Positions 28,571 through 38,346 of a stretch of DNA of 64,000 bases are shown here, one piece after another. Under the pieces are notes generated by a model that saw only the letters and a list, made by a program, of their open reading frames with translations, was not told the origin of the DNA and made no database searches. Origin of the DNA: a candidate division WOR-3 bacterium (GTDB taxonomy: Bacteria; Hydrothermota; Tepidihabitantia; Tepidihabitantales; Tepidihabitantaceae); the NCBI GenBank assembly GCA_965649295.1, contig CBFGKH010000001.1, positions 192,001 through 256,000 of the forward strand, given 5' to 3'. Both the position numbers and the translations under genes were made by a program. Position 1 is the stretch's first letter; every line of letters starts with the position of its first letter.

Positions 28571-29820
28571 TAGAAGCTACACCCGACGCCAACATCAAAC
28601 ACTATTGTACTCAGCGGCGCAATTCTAGTTCCGCCTAGTCCGACCCCGAATCCGAGTTCCACCGAGTCGATGTTGCGACCGACCGCAAACCTGCAGGAAA
28701 GGCCATCAGTCTGGCGCCATCCGACTTCGATACCAAGCCAAGTACTAGAGACGGGCCGGACATCAATTTGACCAGCAAACCTCGGGGCACTCTCGATAAA
28801 ACCCCATGTCCGTAGTGGCAGCTCTGCCAATCCTGCCACCCTAACCCAAGGCAACGTCAGGGCTGCCCCGAATTCGGCAGCAGCTGGTAACTGCTCCCAG
28901 AAGCCGCTGCTCGGCACGAAACGCTTGCCCTTGACCAGCAGCGTGCTCGTTGCCTCACCACCGATTAGCCGACCAACCGCAAATGAATCAAACAGAATGA
29001 AGTTCTGCTGCTGGCCAGCGTTCCTATGCCAGTAAACAGGGGCCCATAGGTCCCTGATGACAATGCCAATCCGCCCCTGCCTGCCCAGCTCAAGTGTCAA
29101 TCCCGGTGTCAGACTGAACCCATCGCCACCCTTGGCAATTCTGCGAACCTGGCGCAGCTCACCCGAAACCTCGTAAGGCGTGGTCAGCACCCAGCCAATG
29201 ACCGAATCGGCTCGGGCGTAGCGAAACCCGTGAATCCAGACCGCGGTTGCTCCCAGCCGCAGCTTTGCGGGTCCGCCGGCCCAGACCTGATGCCCGTGTC
29301 CGAGACCGATCCGGCAGTACCGAATTGTGTCTACCCGGAGACTATCCAAGCAGTACCTGCGACCGACCTGGTTTCCCCAGAACGCTAAGTCGAGAAAATC
29401 ACGGGGCAGGGTAACAGCCCTGTTAGTCTCATAGCATAGCACGAGCCCGAACGACCTAACCTGAGCCTCAAGCAGCTGCAACCGCAGCCGGAGTCCGGCC
29501 CGAACCGGTCCGTTGCCAAGCCGGCCGAGCAGCTCCTGCTTTGCCGGCTCATCGATGTATGCCCGGTTGAGGACATACCGGCTGAACTCAGCACCGGTAA
29601 CAAAGTTACTGCCCGCACCGACACCAAGATGGACATAGTCCAGCGAAAACCGCGGCTCACCTTCTTTACCAAGCAGAGCCGGATTCGCCAGCACAGCTTC
29701 GTACCCGGTCGCAGTAACTACGTTGGCCTTACTTCCCGTTCCTGGTAGCCACTGCGCGGCAGCGACCGCTACCCCAGCAACTAAGCTGATACCAACCTGA
29801 AACAGCTGCGGCAGAGTCAT
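28570..29820 (-). CDS. Outer-membrane beta-barrel protein (DUF5723-like)
   Basis: Signal peptide, NPALLG, LAFWGN, IRDL...W, terminal Phe. Confidence 0.6.
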   Translation of the reverse strand: MTLPQLFQVGISLVAGVAVAAAQWLPGTGSKANVVTATGYEAVLANPALLGKEGEPRFSLDYVHLGVGAGSNFVTGAEFSRYVLNRAYIDEPAKQELLGRLGNGPVRAGLRLRLQLLEAQVRSFGLVLCYETNRAVTLPRDFLDLAFWGNQVGRRYCLDSLRVDTIRYCRIGLGHGHQVWAGGPAKLRLGATAVWIHGFRYARADSVIGWVLTTPYEVSGELRQVRRIAKGGDGFSLTPGLTLELGRQGRIGIVIRDLWAPVYWHRNAGQQQNFILFDSFAVGRLIGGEATSTLLVKGKRFVPSSGFWEQLPAAAEFGAALTLPWVRVAGLAELPLRTWGFIESAPRFAGQIDVRPVSSTWLGIEVGWRQTDGLSCRFAVGRNIDSVELGFGVGLGGTRIAPLSTIVFDVGVGCSF

Positions 29821-29832
29821 CGCTAGATGCTG

Positions 29833-31725
29833 CTAACGTGGCTTGATGTCGATGGCCAGTTCCCCATGGGATTCCGCAATTTGGAAGTAGTCACGGGCCG
29901 TTAGGCTGATAGTATCTGTCTCGGGCAGAAACAACCGAATAGCGACCCGCAACTCGTCGGTGTCAAAAACCTTTGCCCCCAGCGAGTCAAGCTCGATGCC
30001 GACTGTCGAATCCCGCGCCTGGATGACAATACCTGATCCGGGTTCAACTACTGGCATGGGCACGCCAAGCCCAAGCCGGACCGTATCCGGCGCCCAGTCC
30101 CGCCAGAGACTCAACTCGCCAGTCACTGCCACGGACAGGTGATTGACGACATGGGCTGAAATGATCGCGCCGGACACCTTCGGCAGCTGACGACGGATGA
30201 TGGAATCAATCCGCACTGTCCATGGCCCAAGTTCAATTGTGTCGGCCAGCAGCTTGGCCTGCAACGGAAAGGTGGCCTCAGGCCGTATTCCAACATATGA
30301 CTCCCTGACCAGCACACCACTGCCGATGATACCAGCCCGACCTCTCAAGACGAGCCGGTCCGTAGCTAGATTGACGACCCCGGCCAAGTCAACTGCAAAA
30401 CCGGTGCTTTCCGGCATCCCTGGCGTTCCTCCTGGTACCGTAACCGCCAGCACTGCCGAGAGGCTCTCACCGGCCGCGTTCAATCCGGTAGCCCGGAGCT
30501 CAAACAGACCACAGAAGCCAATCGCGCTTACCACTGTTCCGTGTAGCACGAGCCGCCGCACCCGGACGCTCCGCGCCCAGTCAGGAAAACGCATCGCCAG
30601 CGTCTCAACCCATTCCGGGGTCCAGACCGTGTCAAGTGCCTCGCCTGCGAGATACTCGAGCGCCACCGCACCACCGACGAAGCCGACGACCAGTCCGCGC
30701 GTACTGTCGAACTGCAGTGCACCGGGTGGTGACCGTCGCTCAAGCGAACAGATGAAAGTCAGTTGGCTCGAATCAGGACAGGCACTGCGATAGCCGATGC
30801 CGGCCAAATCTAGCCGGTACTCGAACGCATCACCAGCCTCAAGCTCTTGCCGTTCAACGTAGTTGAACTCAACCAGCCGCACCGTGGCGTGAAATCCGAG
30901 CGGTAGTTCATTCTCAAGACCGAAGCAGAGTTGGCCAGCCGCGAACTGCCCGGTATCGACGCGAACACGGTAACGTGTTCGCAGATATGAAACCGAAGTG
31001 ATCGCGCCGCTCACGTGGCTGCTGTCTTGGAGGCGAATGCGGCCGTGCCGCACCCGCAGGGAATCAACAACCAACCCGATCACCAGCTCGTCGCCCAGTT
31101 CTACCACCACCGGCTCACCGTGTGAGCCAGACCCTGCCAGTCGTAGGCTACAAAGGACGAGTGAGTCGATTACCAGCCCAGAGAGATTGACTCGGCGATA
31201 GGCAATGGAGTCAACTGGGCCGCTAAAAACTGTGCCCAAACCAGCAACTGCCAGTTCGACATGCTCTAGACCAACCGGCAGACGGTTCTCAATCAAGAGA
31301 CTTAGCACACCGCCAGCCAGTACCGCTCCCTCGATGCCAGGAACGTGGCTGACAAACGTCGATTCGTAGCTGAAAGCAGGCACGACGAGGGTTTCGCCGA
31401 CCGCGGCCCCAAACAGCTGTCCGGCCGGCACCGTCCAAGTATCTCCGGCAACCGGCGTGACCACGATGTGCTCGCCGGTCAGTTTCAGCGTATCGGCAAT
31501 GTGCAACGTATCGATCAGGTCTTGGACCAGTACCGACTCAGTCCTGGCGGCGAAGTGAAGTTCAAGCAGGGAATCGGGCCTGACCCGCAGCCAATCTCCG
31601 GCCAGCATCTCGACAATACGGTAGTTGCGACTGATTATCGGCACGGTCAGCGTGGTCCGCAGGCCCGGCGTGTGCAGGCAACTGACGAAGACCAGCACGA
31701 CGCCGAGTAGTCGTTGAAGCATCAA
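29833..31725 (-). CDS. Large beta-rich hypothetical lipoprotein
   Basis: GGAGG SD, lipobox-like VFVSC, repeated N.LP(V/L) strands; directly upstream of the barrel gene. Confidence 0.6.
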   Translation of the reverse strand: MMLQRLLGVVLVFVSCLHTPGLRTTLTVPIISRNYRIVEMLAGDWLRVRPDSLLELHFAARTESVLVQDLIDTLHIADTLKLTGEHIVVTPVAGDTWTVPAGQLFGAAVGETLVVPAFSYESTFVSHVPGIEGAVLAGGVLSLLIENRLPVGLEHVELAVAGLGTVFSGPVDSIAYRRVNLSGLVIDSLVLCSLRLAGSGSHGEPVVVELGDELVIGLVVDSLRVRHGRIRLQDSSHVSGAITSVSYLRTRYRVRVDTGQFAAGQLCFGLENELPLGFHATVRLVEFNYVERQELEAGDAFEYRLDLAGIGYRSACPDSSQLTFICSLERRSPPGALQFDSTRGLVVGFVGGAVALEYLAGEALDTVWTPEWVETLAMRFPDWARSVRVRRLVLHGTVVSAIGFCGLFELRATGLNAAGESLSAVLAVTVPGGTPGMPESTGFAVDLAGVVNLATDRLVLRGRAGIIGSGVLVRESYVGIRPEATFPLQAKLLADTIELGPWTVRIDSIIRRQLPKVSGAIISAHVVNHLSVAVTGELSLWRDWAPDTVRLGLGVPMPVVEPGSGIVIQARDSTVGIELDSLGAKVFDTDELRVAIRLFLPETDTISLTARDYFQIAESHGELAIDIKPR

Positions 31726-31753
31726 TCCTCCCCCAAGGCACCCCCCGTTGAGG

Positions 31754-32101
31754 CTATTTCACATAGTAGAGGAACCGACCACAGTTGGGGCAGGTCACAA
31801 GGTCAGTCTTGCACCGGGCCGCCAGCTCGGAAGGCAACTTGACGTAGCAGCCACCACAGAACTCGCGAATCACCTGAACGACGACGCGTCCGCCGTAACG
31901 CTTCATAATTCGCTCGTAGAGCTGAACCAGCTTCTGGTCCAGCTTCTTCGTCAGTTTCTCCCGCTCGCGCTCCGCCGTTTTGACAAACTCCTCGGAGGCC
32001 TTGATCTCAAACCCCATCGCCTGGTAGTCTTTGTGCTCAATGTCGCGGAGGATGTGGTCAAACTCCTCCAACGAGCGGAGCACCTCGACCTTTGGGTTCA
32101 T
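31754..32101 (-). CDS. C4-type zinc-ribbon protein (short DUF164-like)
   Basis: YERI...CGGCYVKLP...TCPNCGRFLY. Confidence 0.8.
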   Translation of the reverse strand: MNPKVEVLRSLEEFDHILRDIEHKDYQAMGFEIKASEEFVKTAEREREKLTKKLDQKLVQLYERIMKRYGGRVVVQVIREFCGGCYVKLPSELAARCKTDLVTCPNCGRFLYYVK

Positions 32102-32556
32102 CTTATCTTCTCCTCCAGTGTGCGGATAAGCTCAATCATCTCTTCCGGGGTCTGAGGGTCAAAGAGCCGCTTCCGTTTGGTCAGTTCCTGACAGACCATT
32201 GCGACCCGGCCGAGAGTGATAAGATACTGATTGCCGGGATCCTGCGGTGGCGCCATGATAAGAAAGAAAAGGTGAGCCGGCTTCTTGTCAATCGAATCGT
32301 AATCTACGCCCTTGGTCGAACGGCCGACTGCCATTTCCAGCTTGTCAATCAGTAGCGACCGACCATGAGGGATGGCGATACCCTTGCCGATGCCAGTCGA
32401 ACCCAGTTCTTCGCGCTTGAGCAGCGTCTGCTGGAGCAACTCGGCCTCATCGCCCTGACGGATAGCTAGCACCAGTTCGCGCAATACCTCGGGCTTCTTC
32501 TTGGCCTTGAGATCAAGATTGATGCGCTCCGGACGCAATAATGACGTTAGATTCAA
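32098..32556 (-). CDS. Stand-alone PTS IIA (Ntr/fructose-type) protein
   Basis: RE.LGSTGIGKGIAIPHGR, DSIDKKPAHLFFLI; TTG start after GGAGGTG. Confidence 0.9.
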   Translation of the reverse strand: MNLTSLLRPERINLDLKAKKKPEVLRELVLAIRQGDEAELLQQTLLKREELGSTGIGKGIAIPHGRSLLIDKLEMAVGRSTKGVDYDSIDKKPAHLFFLIMAPPQDPGNQYLITLGRVAMVCQELTKRKRLFDPQTPEEMIELIRTLEEKIR

Positions 32557-32957
32557 ATAGCACCTCCCGGTTGCCGGCGCGACCGAGCGTCGGCCCTGTT
32601 TTGAGCTTGAACCGCGGCACCGAATGTCTGACGTGGCACGTCTCCCCAAAGTCGTTCGAGGCCGTAATACTCACGCACGTCAGCCAGTAGAATATGCACG
32701 ACCACGTCGAAGTAGTCAAGCAGAATCCAATGACCGAGCTCGATGCCCTCAATGTGATGTGGCCGCTGCCCAGCTTGCCGAAGTCGCCGCGCCAGCTCTT
32801 CGGCCAGCGCCTGCGCGTGTACCGTTGAACTGGCCGTGACGAGCACAAACCAATCGGCCAGCGGTGAGTGCCGCCGCAGGTCGAGCATCACTACGTCCTC
32901 GCCGTGCAGCTCCTCAGCAACCGTGCCGGCCAGCCGCGCCAGTGCCTCGCTGTCCAT
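32553..32957 (-). CDS. rsfS: Ribosome silencing factor
   Basis: DVVMLDLR..S.LADWFV, WILLDYFDVVVHI, REYYGLERLWGD. Confidence 0.93.
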   Translation of the reverse strand: MDSEALARLAGTVAEELHGEDVVMLDLRRHSPLADWFVLVTASSTVHAQALAEELARRLRQAGQRPHHIEGIELGHWILLDYFDVVVHILLADVREYYGLERLWGDVPRQTFGAAVQAQNRADARSRRQPGGAI

Positions 32958-32964
32958 TGCTGCC

Positions 32965-33417
32965 CTAATACAACGGTATCACCTTCGGGAAAAAGACGCG
33001 GTAGTCCTTGCCCACCAGCAGCCGTATCTCCAGGTAGCGCGATGAATCAATGGCCACCTCGTGGGCCGGAACAATCCAGTGGCCATAGTAGAACCGACCG
33101 AACTGCCGCCGCACACGCAGCGACTGCGCCACTTCGGCAGCCCGACGGCCGCTTCGATCGCGAAGATCAACAACCGTGGTCTTGTCAAGAATCTTGCTGC
33201 CGGTGAGTACATTATAGACATCGTAGCCCCGCAGCTGCAGTTCGTCAGCCACCGCCCGACCGACCCGCGCCTGACCGCAACAGTTGACCACCTCCATCCG
33301 CACCGACTTGCGGTCAAACGGGTACTCATGCTCCTCGGTCAGGAATCGCCATGCCACCGATCCTGCCGCTGCCAGAATCAGCGCAACGGCGATGAGCCAC
33401 GGTAAAAAACGCCTCAT
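32965..33417 (-). CDS. LytR C-terminal domain membrane protein
   Basis: N-terminal TM, VEV.N..G...V...L...GYDV, LLVGKDY. Confidence 0.72.
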   Translation of the reverse strand: MRRFLPWLIAVALILAAAGSVAWRFLTEEHEYPFDRKSVRMEVVNCCGQARVGRAVADELQLRGYDVYNVLTGSKILDKTTVVDLRDRSGRRAAEVAQSLRVRRQFGRFYYGHWIVPAHEVAIDSSRYLEIRLLVGKDYRVFFPKVIPLY

Positions 33418-34151
33418 CCACTCGCTACTGCTGCCCGCCGGATCAACTCCTGCTCGATTACCGCCAGTTGCTCCGGCGTGTTGGCCCCGAGCATCTCACT
33501 GGGGTCGTCGGCCAGCACCGCTACCGCCGAACCACCTGCAGACCGAACCTCGGCCACCAGATCGGTCAGATACAACTCGCCCGAAACCGAACTAGGACGA
33601 ATCCGCTCCAATGCCGGTAGCACCTCGCCCCAGCAGAAGGCATACGCTCCCGAGTTGACCTCGCTGATTCGACGCACTTCAGCCGTGGCATCTCGTTCCT
33701 CAACTATACACTCGACAAAGTCTCCCTCACCCCGGATTATCCGACCATAGCCAGTCGGGTCCGCCAGTCGGGCGGTGAAGACCGCCACGGTTGCTCTCGC
33801 CAACCGTCGCTGTTCGACCAGTCGGCGAACTGTCGCCGGCCGTACCAGCGGCGCATCGCCACAGAGCACAACACACTCTTCATCCCAAGCTAGCAGCGAC
33901 CGACACGAGAGCACCGCATCAGCCGTTCCTTTCGGCTCGGCCTGGATGGCGTATTCGATTCCGGTCGGAAAGGCAGCCAATATCGCTTCGCGACTGGGCC
34001 CAACTACCAGCACAATCCGACGCGCTCCGGCTGCCCGGGCTGTCTGGATCACATAGCTAACGAGCGGACGACCCTGCACCGGCAAGAGCACCTTGGGGAT
34101 GCCAGTGCCCATCCGCTTGCTCATGCCGGCAGCCAGAATGATTGCCGTCAT
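33414..34151 (-). CDS. GlmU N-terminal-like sugar-nucleotide pyrophosphorylase (no acetyltransferase domain)
   Basis: IILAAG.SKRM...PKVL, Q....GTADAV, GDAPL, PTGYGRIIR, EVNSG.Y, GELYLTD. Confidence 0.85.
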   Translation of the reverse strand: MTAIILAAGMSKRMGTGIPKVLLPVQGRPLVSYVIQTARAAGARRIVLVVGPSREAILAAFPTGIEYAIQAEPKGTADAVLSCRSLLAWDEECVVLCGDAPLVRPATVRRLVEQRRLARATVAVFTARLADPTGYGRIIRGEGDFVECIVEERDATAEVRRISEVNSGAYAFCWGEVLPALERIRPSSVSGELYLTDLVAEVRSAGGSAVAVLADDPSEMLGANTPEQLAVIEQELIRRAAVASG

Positions 34152-34193
34152 TGCCTGACAGCGAGCGGCCATTCCGCCCTGACTAAAGCCAGC

Positions 34194-34222
34194 GGCAGCC
34201 TGACAGTTCGTGTCAGGCTGCC
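34194..34222 (-). terminator. Hairpin downstream of rplQ
   Basis: GGCAGCCTGACA-GTTCG-TGTCAGGCTGCC, a 12-bp stem. Confidence 0.45.
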
Positions 34223-34289
34223 TTGGTATCTTATCCGGTTGTCGGCTGTTGCCAGTTGCCGCAGCATCGGGTTGCGGCAGCAGGAGTCA

Positions 34290-34748
34290 CTACTTGGCGG
34301 CCGGCTTCTTTTCCGGCTTAGCCGGCTTGGGCTTGCGACCACCTTTTTCCTTGGCCGCGGCTGCTCGGGCTGCTTTCTCCTTGTGCCGCTCTTCTCGGAC
34401 AACGAGTTCGAGAATCGCCATCTCGGCACCGTCGCCGTCGCGTGGCCCAAGTTTGAGAATTCGGGTATAGCCTCCGGGCCGATCGATAAACCGCGGGCCA
34501 ATGACTGTAAACAGCTTCTTAATAAGTGACTTGTCGTCAACGAACTTGGCCACCTGGCGGCGGGCCGCCAAAGTTCCTTGCTTGGCAAAGCCGATGAGCC
34601 GTTCGGCATATCGCCGCGCTTCCTTGGCTTTGGGTAGCGTCGTCCGTATTCGCTCATAGGTAAAGAGCTGGGCAACGAGATTGCGCAGCATTGCCCGGCG
34701 ATGTTCCTTGGTACGACCGAGTTTCTTGACCGAATCGGCGTGACGCAC
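34290..34748 (-). CDS. rplQ: 50S ribosomal protein L17
   Basis: MRH...KLGRT..HRRAMLRNL, RPGGYTRILK; Lys/Ala-rich tail. Confidence 0.97.
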   Translation of the reverse strand: MRHADSVKKLGRTKEHRRAMLRNLVAQLFTYERIRTTLPKAKEARRYAERLIGFAKQGTLAARRQVAKFVDDKSLIKKLFTVIGPRFIDRPGGYTRILKLGPRDGDGAEMAILELVVREERHKEKAARAAAAKEKGGRKPKPAKPEKKPAAK

Positions 34749-34751
34749 GGC

Positions 34752-35786
34752 CTACTCCTTCTCCGGTTCGGGCTCGTGCTCGGGCAGTGGCAAACCAGCC
34801 AGGTCCATCCCCAGTGACAGACCGAGGTCTTCGAGCACCTTCTTCAACTCTTCAAGCGACTTGCGGCCGAAATTCTCGATATCGAGCATGTCCTTCTCGG
34901 TTTTCATCACGAGGTCAGCGATGGTCTTGATGGCAATCCGCTCGCCAGTTCGTTTCGAGCGCCCCTTGACCAAGCAGTTGAGCGCTCGGTTAGATAGCTC
35001 CAGCTCCTCGACCGACTGGTTGAGCAGCTCAATCAGTTTGTCACGGTCGCGATAGAGCTTCTCTTCCTCGATGAACTCCGGTTCCTTTTCCGCCGGCACC
35101 AGCACCGCCATGTGGTTCTTCAGAATCGTGCCTGACTGAATCATCGCCTCATCCGGCCGGACGGTTCCGTCAGTCCAGACCTCTAGTACCAGCCGCTCGA
35201 AATCGGTCCGGTCGAGTACTCGCATCGACTCGACCCAGTAGTTCACCCGTTTGACTGGCGAGAAGAACGCATCGAGGAAAATCGTATTCTCCGGCGCGGT
35301 CCGGTTCTTCTTCAATCGCTCCGCCTTGACATAGCCGCGGCCGTTCTCGACAAGGAGCTCGATGTTGACCGAGCGTTTGGCGTCGGCAATCGTCAGAATC
35401 TTCTGTTCAGGATTGGCGATAACAATCTCCGGCGGCACCGTCAGGTCGCGGGCCGCAAACTCACGCTTGCCCGCGGCCCGTAGGTAGCACATCCGCGGCG
35501 TCTCCGACCAAAGCCGCAGCCGCAGTTTCTTCAGGTTGAGAACAATCTCAGCAACGTCCTCGACCACGTCGTCAATCGTCTCGAACTCGTGGGCCACACC
35601 GTCAATCCGCATCTCGGTAATCGCCGCACCCTGCACCGACGACAAAAGCGCCCGGCGCAAGCAGGTCCCCATCGTTGCGCCCCAACCTTTTTCCAGCGGC
35701 GCCAGGGTGAAGCGACCATAGGAGTCAGTGGCGGTCGTGGTGTCGAGCTCAATCTTCTCCGGCAGAACAAAGGGTTTGAGCTTCAT
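34752..35786 (-). CDS. rpoA: RNA polymerase alpha subunit
   Basis: PLEKG.G.T.G..LRR.LLSS, HEF, DAFFSPV, ELELSNRALNCL, NFGRKSLEE. Confidence 0.97.
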   Translation of the reverse strand: MKLKPFVLPEKIELDTTTATDSYGRFTLAPLEKGWGATMGTCLRRALLSSVQGAAITEMRIDGVAHEFETIDDVVEDVAEIVLNLKKLRLRLWSETPRMCYLRAAGKREFAARDLTVPPEIVIANPEQKILTIADAKRSVNIELLVENGRGYVKAERLKKNRTAPENTIFLDAFFSPVKRVNYWVESMRVLDRTDFERLVLEVWTDGTVRPDEAMIQSGTILKNHMAVLVPAEKEPEFIEEEKLYRDRDKLIELLNQSVEELELSNRALNCLVKGRSKRTGERIAIKTIADLVMKTEKDMLDIENFGRKSLEELKKVLEDLGLSLGMDLAGLPLPEHEPEPEKE

Positions 35787-36397
35787 TTCGAGTACAACTC
35801 CACGATTAGCTGCGTGTTACAGGGAACATCCTTGACATCTTCCGGCGTCGGGACACGCAACACCGTCCCCTTGCCAGCACCGGCTTCAAGCTGCAGCCAA
35901 GGAGCGCTCGGTGCATCATGTTTGGCGAGAATCGGCCCAATCATCTTCAGGCTATTCTCGTTGCGGATACCGATTACTTCACCTGCCTTTACCTGATACG
36001 ACGGGATATTGATTCGTCGGCCGTTGACGGTGATGTGACCGTGGCGCACGAACTGCCGCGCTTGCGTGCGCGAGTCGGCAAAACCCAGCCGATAGACGAC
36101 GTTGTCCAGCCGTCGCTCAAGCATGATAACCAAACTCGCCGCGGTGTTACGGGTCTTAGCCGCCTTCTCAAAATAGTTGTGGAACTGCGTCTCCAGCACG
36201 CCGTACATCATCCGCAGCTTCTGCTTCTCGCGCAACTGAATTGAGTAAGCAGAGACCCGCCGTCGGCCCCTGGCCTCCGGCTCCTCACCGCGCTTCATCA
36301 GCACACACTTGTCGGAAAGACACTTGTCGCCGCGTAGAAAGAGTTTCTCACGCGACTTACGGCAACGCTTGCACTTCGGTCCGATGTATCTTGCCAT
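35783..36397 (-). CDS. rpsD: 30S ribosomal protein S4 (Cys-containing form)
   Basis: MARYIGPKCKRCR...C...C, QLREKQK, LERRLDNVVYRLGFA, IVELYSK. Confidence 0.97.
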   Translation of the reverse strand: MARYIGPKCKRCRKSREKLFLRGDKCLSDKCVLMKRGEEPEARGRRRVSAYSIQLREKQKLRMMYGVLETQFHNYFEKAAKTRNTAASLVIMLERRLDNVVYRLGFADSRTQARQFVRHGHITVNGRRINIPSYQVKAGEVIGIRNENSLKMIGPILAKHDAPSAPWLQLEAGAGKGTVLRVPTPEDVKDVPCNTQLIVELYSK

Positions 36398-36419
36398 CCT
36401 ATCCCCTGCTCACTTCCGG

Positions 36420-36794
36420 CTAGACCCGGCGCTGCTTGCGTGGCCGGCAGCCATTGTGCGGAATCGGTGTGATGTCACGGATCGACGTGATATCGAGCCC
36501 GGCGTTCTGCAGCGACCGAATTGCCGCCTCACGTCCCGGACCCGGCCCGCTGACCAGCACCTCAATCTTGCGCACGCCGAGTGCCGACGCTTCCTTGGCC
36601 GCCGCCTCCGCGCACTGGCCCGCGGCAAACGGCGTCCCCTTCTTCGATCCCTTGAAGCCGACCCGACCTGCCGAAGACCAGGAAATCACCGCACCAGTCG
36701 GATCGGCAATGGTAACAATTGTATTGTTGAACGACGTCGTGACGTGGGCCACGCAGAGTGGCGGCACCTTGCGACGGACTGACTTACGCGCCAT
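36420..36794 (-). CDS. rpsK: 30S ribosomal protein S11
   Basis: [34 protein letters not shown]. Confidence 0.98.
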   Translation of the reverse strand: MARKSVRRKVPPLCVAHVTTSFNNTIVTIADPTGAVISWSSAGRVGFKGSKKGTPFAAGQCAEAAAKEASALGVRKIEVLVSGPGPGREAAIRSLQNAGLDITSIRDITPIPHNGCRPRKQRRV

Positions 36795-36796
36795 CG

Positions 36797-37201
36797 CTAC
36801 TTACCTCCTGCCGGTTTGGCCGGAGCCGCCGCTTTCACCTTCAGCACACCCGACGTCTTACGCGGCCCCTTGCGGGTACGCGCGTTGGTTCGTGTGCGCT
36901 GACCGCGCACCGGCAGCCGCGCCTTGTGCCGGAGGCCCCGATAGGCACCAATCTCAATGTACCGCTTGATATTCGCCGACACCTCAGCCCGGAGTTCGCC
37001 CTCGACCTTGTAGCCGCTCTCAATCTCCTTCCGGATCGCCGCCACCTCGTCGTCGGAAAGCTCCCGAGTCCGACGATTCGGGTCAATTCCGGTTGCAGCC
37101 AGAATCTTGCGCGCCGAGTGCAGGCCGATGCCGTAAATGTGCGGCAGCGCATAAAGAATCTTCTTGTTGTCGGGCAGGTCAATACCCGCAATACGAGCCA
37201 C
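36797..37201 (-). CDS. rpsM: 30S ribosomal protein S13
   Basis: [15 protein letters not shown]...[17 protein letters not shown]. Confidence 0.98.
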   Translation of the reverse strand: MARIAGIDLPDNKKILYALPHIYGIGLHSARKILAATGIDPNRRTRELSDDEVAAIRKEIESGYKVEGELRAEVSANIKRYIEIGAYRGLRHKARLPVRGQRTRTNARTRKGPRKTSGVLKVKAAAPAKPAGGK

Positions 37202-37258
37202 TTATCCTCCTGTGATTGCCAGTGTCAAAGGATAAAATCAGCCTAGTCTAAGCCGATA

Positions 37259-37286
37259 CTTATAACAGATTGGCCCGCGTTGTCAA
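37259..37286 (-). promoter_or_regulatory. Promoter of the rpsM operon
   Basis: TTGACA-N16-TATAAG with a TG extended -10. Confidence 0.6.
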
Positions 37287-37297
37287 CATCTGACGCC

Positions 37298-37329
37298 AAA
37301 AACCGGGGCGGGCAGCGCTGCCCGCCCCG
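37298..37329 (-). terminator. Intrinsic terminator after the RRM gene
   Basis: Palindrome CGGGGCGGGCAGCGCTGCCCGCCCCG followed by GTTTTT on the minus strand. Confidence 0.8.
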
Positions 37330-37353
37330 AGACTGCCCTTGCGGGCCAGACCC

Positions 37354-37662
37354 TTACCAGCGATTGCCGGAGGGCCGACGCTCGCCGCCGCCGCGCGGGC
37401 CACGACCGCCCTCAGTGCGGGCGCGGGCCTCGTTAACGGTCAGGGGCCGACCTTCCATCTGGTACTGGTTGAGAGCGGCGATAGCGGCGTTGGCAGCATC
37501 GTCGTTGGCCATCTCGACAAAAGCGAACCCACGGGAACGCTCAGTGAAACGATCCTTGACGATCTCAGCCGACGTGACCTCACCATGCTGCGCAAACAAG
37601 TCACGCAGTTGCTCTTCGGTTGCGCTGAAGGGAAGATTCCCTACGAATATGCGCTTACCCAT
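37354..37662 (-). CDS. RRM RNA-binding protein
   Basis: IFVGNLPF (RNP2), RGFAFVEM (RNP1), L.VNEAR, Gly/Arg tail. Confidence 0.95.
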   Translation of the reverse strand: MGKRIFVGNLPFSATEEQLRDLFAQHGEVTSAEIVKDRFTERSRGFAFVEMANDDAANAAIAALNQYQMEGRPLTVNEARARTEGGRGPRGGGERRPSGNRW

Positions 37663-37823
37663 GCTAACGTTACCTCCGGACAGTTACGCTTGGGAATCGC
37701 TGAAGGCTCGGGGCGGACGGACAGAACGCAGACCGGCCGGACACGGACCTCTCACTACCTCAAGCAATTCGGAACCGCTAATCTTCTCGCCGGCTAGCCG
37801 GTTCCATCGCTAACCGACGCAAT

Positions 37824-37851
37824 ATCGTAATCAAAAGCACCTTGCTGTCAA
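37824..37851 (-). promoter_or_regulatory. Promoter of the RRM gene (long 5' UTR)
   Basis: TTGACA-N16-TACGAT about 155 nt upstream of the ATG. Confidence 0.6.
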
Positions 37852-38296
37852 GCCCTGCCACAACATAAAGCGATAGTAACACGCGACCGCACCCAGCTAG
37901 ACCAAGAACTGATTGCGCTGACACCAACGAAACTCTTTTGGCGGTGGTCTTGGGCAGCGCCACCTGGCGGCCCGGCCGAGGCCCAATCAGCAGCAGCCCA
38001 AGAGACAGCTACAAAGACACCTGGCCAGTCACCGTACTAAACTCACCATATGATACTCACGCGAACGCAACCCAAAGCCCGTTGCCAAACAAACGGGCCA
38101 GCATCATGCCAGGGAGCTATCACCAGAGCGACGGAAAGCTCTAGAGAGGCATCTATTAGAACATGCTCTCCAGCTGAGCCCGAGATAGTCTCGGGAACGA
38201 CTCCCGGAACGGTAGGGTGGTAGGGGCAACAATTCATCATATCCCATTAGCATCTGCGAACTTACAGCTAGTTATGACTACGCAGGTACGAAGCGT

Positions 38297-38323
38297 CGGC
38301 GGCGGGCAAGTTGCCCGCCGCCG
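38297..38323 (-). terminator. Hairpin after M6 protease 1
   Basis: CGGCGGCGGGCAA-G-TTGCCCGCCGCCG. Confidence 0.6.
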
Positions 38324-38346
38324 TGTCTAGATTATTCTGCTCTTGG

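Noticed and set aside
37850..38290. Possible riboswitch or small gene between the RRM gene and protease 1
   Set aside because: I saw only short hairpins such as CCCGAGA-TAG-TCTCGGG and motif-less ORFs, with no SAM or other consensus
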